A stretch of 64,000 nt of DNA, taken from Vicugna vicugna (Eukaryota). Each line of letters begins with the position of its first letter. Position 1 is the first letter of the stretch. Positions 60,547 to 64,000 of this stretch are shown piece by piece. The stretch lies in contig MU058017.1 of the NCBI GenBank assembly GCA_013265495.1, positions 443,919-507,918 on the forward strand, given 5' to 3'. The position numbers and the translations under genes were made by a program. Below the pieces are notes generated by a model that did no database searches, had not been told where the DNA came from, and worked only from the letters and a program-made list of their open reading frames with translations.

Positions 60547-61432
60547 ATGATTAAAAAGGCATTGTGTCTGCCTCCTGGTTCCTAACACAGAGTTCCTAAA
60601 TTCCTTGGAATTTCCTTAGTGATAAAGGCACTAGGAGCATCTTTTGTTTCAATATTTGGTTTTTGACCCATTTCTGACAAGAACTCCTAAATTCCCTGGA
60701 ATTTCCTGGGTGGTAGGAGAATCATTTCTTCTAATAAAGTGTCACTTGGTGAGCTCCTGGATAGAGGCTGGTCACCAGAAAGACTAAGCCATGATTAGAA
60801 GCTTGACACTTTCAGACCTACTCCCCATCCTCCCAGAAGGGGAGAGGGGCTGGAGGTTGAGTTAATGATGGATCATGCCTACATAATGTAGCCTCCATAA
60901 AACCCCCAAAAGAATGGGGTTCAGAGAGCTTCCAGGTTGAACAGAACCATATGCCAGGAGATTGTCACACTCCAACTCTGTGGAAACAGAAGTTCCTGCA
61001 CTTGGGGACCCTTCTGAACCTTACCCTATGCATCTCTTCATCTTGCTGTTCATCCTTTATACAATAAACTGGTTGGTATAAGTATTTCTCTGAGTTCTGT
61101 GAGCTTTTCTAGTAAACTACTGAACCCAAGGAGGGTGTCCAGAAGAACCTCTGATTTATAACTGATAAGTCAGAAGCACAGGTGACAAATGAGGCCTTGT
61201 GACTGGCATCTAAGCAGGAGGGTGGGCAGTCTTGTGGGACTAAGCCCTTAACCTACAGAGTGTGTACTAACTCCAGTTAGTGCCAGAACTAAATTGAATT
61301 ACAGAACGCTCAGCTGGTGTGGTATCACAGAGAATTGCTTGATGTGTGGACAACCCACACATCTGGTGCCAGAAGTATTGTGAGTATGGTACTATGTGAA
61401 AGTAAAGGAGAAACACAGAAGCGGTTTTCCCA
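60547..61432 (+). mobile_element. MER21-like LTR
   Basis: Duplicated cctaaattccttggaatttcct motif; ggctggtcaccagaaagactaagccatgattagaag; ggttcagagagcttccaggtt; AATAAA at about 61063; acccacacatctggtgccagaagt. Confidence 0.75.
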
Positions 61433-62570
61433 AGTGGGGGGAAATATATGTGTATATATATATACTCCCTCAATGGATTTAGCATAGCATATTAATCCTA
61501 ACTGAAGAGACAGTTGGTGAACTGGAAGTTACATCTGAGGAAATCACCCTAAATATATAACAAATAGACAAAGGGAAGAAAAATATGAAAAGGCTAATAA
61601 AGATACTGTGATATTGGAACAGAGATGGACAATGACCAGTGGAGCAGAATGGAGGGTCTTAAAATTGCCCCACAAACACATGGACACTTGGTTATTTGAT
61701 GTCACTGCAAAGAACTGAAGAAAAAAGACTATTTAAATGAATGGTGCTAGTACTACTGGCTATCCGTGAGACAAAGTGAAACCCCAACCCCATACAGATG
61801 AATCAAATCCATACGGACTCTTTTCAGAATATAAATTCCAAGGGATCCTTTGGTTTCATGTATGTGTGAAAAGTGGTGTATGTTTGCTGGGGTTGAGGGC
61901 ATCTCAGTGGTTCTTTATTGTGGATAAAATCACTATTACAAAGGTTCACTTGATAAATTAAAAAAAAACACACTTGCTGAACTATTTCTTGGCAACCCAC
62001 CCGATTCATTTCTCCTCTGCATTTATGCCTTTAAAATGTCATCAAATCCCAAAACTGGCAGTCATCGATCTCCGGAGAATTCTTAAAGAAAAAATTCTCA
62101 TGCCCCATCTAGGGCTTATTCAATCAGAACCTCCAGGAGGTAGCACTCAGGAGTTTGTATTTTTAACAAACATTTTCAGGAAATTCCACCACAAAGCCAG
62201 AACTGGGAACCACTGTTTTAGATCATTATTAGGTTTCAGAATTCATTGAGAAAACAGAAGCCACAGGAACACCATCAAATCTTGCAGCCATCAAATCTCT
62301 TTACAATGAAATGACTGTTCATATCAGATGGCATCTCCTCTCTTGGCTCTGGATCTCCAACTGTTTCCCTTCTGCAAGAACCTGACTCCTGTAATGATCC
62401 CTTCTCTTCCTTGACTCTTAGCAGCATGCCCTTATTTGGGGACCACTATTCTTCCTTATCTCCATGACAATCACATTTGCCTGTCTCTGCTCTTCCCTCT
62501 CTGGCCATTCTCTCCCGGGCTCTATGGTCTCTCCTCCTCCACCTGACGTCTGAATAGTGGAGGCCCAGAA

Positions 62571-62852
62571 ATCTTAGACAGCTTAGGCTGCCATACAACT
62601 TACCATAGACTTAAACAACACATGTTTATTTCTCACAATCCTGGAGGCAGGAAGTCCAAGATCCTGGTGCTGGCATGGTCAGATTCCTAGTGAGCACTGT
62701 CTTCTTAATTTATAGAGGACCAGCTTGTTGTGTCCTCACATGGTAGAAAGAGAGCTACCTAGCTCTCTGGCCTCTTCTTATAAGAGCACTAAACCCATTC
62801 ATTAGGGCTCCACTCTCATGACTAAACTATCTCCTAAAGGCCCCATCTCCAA
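62571..62852 (-). mobile_element. MLT1A-like MaLR LTR inserted in L2 sequence
   Basis: cttaaacaacacatgtttatttctcacaatcctggaggcaggaagtccaagatc...tgtgtcctcacatggtagaaagagag...ctcctaaaggccccatctcc. Confidence 0.8.
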
Positions 62853-63251
62853 GCCACTGCTATCTCACTTGGATAAATGCAACAGCCTCCAAACTGCTCC
62901 TCCTGCTTCAACTGTTCTTGCACACCAGCCAGCTTGGAAAATGTAAGCAGATCTCCCAGACTAAAAATCCCCTAGGGTTTCCCACTTGAAATTTTTATCA
63001 TGGCTGAGGAGCCTTTCCAGTTCTGGCCCCTGCCTCCCTCTCCACCCTTCTCTCTTGCCAAGCTCCTCCACTTACCCTCCCAGCCAGGTCATGATTGCTG
63101 TTTATTTCCTTTAGAGTATTTTATTATCTGGAATGATCTATTTCTTTACTTGTTTGTTGTTTGTTTCTACCTGGTCTAAGACTAAACTCATCATTTCACC
63201 CCCAAAACTGTAAAGGAAGTAAGTAGGAGCTGTGGCCTTTAGTAGATGAAT

Positions 63252-63404
63252 GAGGGCCAGGACTAGGGTGAGGCAAGCAGGCACCTCCAGCACATTTAAG
63301 GAGGCACTCACTCTCAGGTTCGTGCAAGTGCCAGCCTGAGAGTGAGTGACTCCTTACATTTTGCACCCTAGGCCTCTGTTTGCCTCCCCCAAGTCCCAGC
63401 CTTG
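63252..63404. mobile_element. MER96-like palindromic hAT MITE
   Basis: agggccaggactagggtgaggcaag...taaggaggcactcactctcagg / cctgagagtgagtgactcctta...ttgcctcccccaagtcccagccttg; the whole element folds back on itself. Confidence 0.75.
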
Positions 63405-64000
63405 AAAAGAGGACATATGGGGTGTCATTTTTCTCTCATCCTTTGATTTCTTACTGTCATCTGCAATTTGCTGAACTCAAACCTGAAGCCAGAGCTCAGG
63501 GGACATGAGCGTTGTAGGGCACAGAAAGGTAGAGTGTTAAATGGAAAATACTCAATCCATTATAGTACCTTATGGAGGACAATTAAATGAATTATGATAT
63601 AAAACACCGAGAGAGGTACCTGGAACATGCTGCTGCTGCTGCTCCTGTTATTATCGTCGTTATCACGGCCCATCTGACGCAAAAATTTGAATACACTATC
63701 AGGGGCTCATGGGCTCCCTGAAGTACATTTATAGACTGCGTTCAAGAACTAAGAACCCCTGCCCTGATTAAGCATTTTTCAGGCTGTATGGTGAACCTTC
63801 ACAAAACAGCCTTTAAACTTTTTTTCCCCTCCCTCTAATCCACTCCTTCCCAACTGTTTTACATAACAATATCCATAAAAATGGCAATATTTGTACAACA
63901 CTGGAATGAGGAGATGAGGTTACCCTCAGCGTGAAGCAACTGCCCAGGGGCTCTGCCTGCGCCAAAGACTGAGGGGGTGAGTATTGTATCACACCCACTC

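Overview
Mammalian genomic DNA (AT-rich, CpG-depleted, dense in MIR/L2/L1/MaLR/ERVL/MER relics). A tRNA-derived SINE resembling the camelid Vic-1 type suggests a camelid genome (inference). The only protein-coding gene I can support is COL8A1 (collagen alpha-1(VIII)) on the + strand. Its two coding exons are 41725-42052 and 45454 (or 45451)-47360, which give 744 (or 745) aa, followed by a 3' UTR of about 2.7 kb with proximal and distal poly(A) signals. Positions 1-41721 appear to be COL8A1 intron upstream of the ATG exon; I cannot place the promoter or non-coding 5' exons. Downstream of the gene is a decayed antisense ERV-L provirus plus further LTRs and MITEs. I found no convincing new protein-coding system; all other ORFs look like noise, repeat relics or shadows of the collagen Gly-X-Y codons. 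The most notable non-obvious signals are: same-orientation CTCF motifs (three with the upstream module), a CAG/TAG tandem acceptor, two apparent mRNA 3'-end retrocopies carrying sense poly(A) signals in the intron, a miR-29 site found only in the long UTR, and a 22-nt circularly permuted match to miR-29b. Repeat family names come from recalled consensus sequences and need Dfam/RepeatMasker confirmation.
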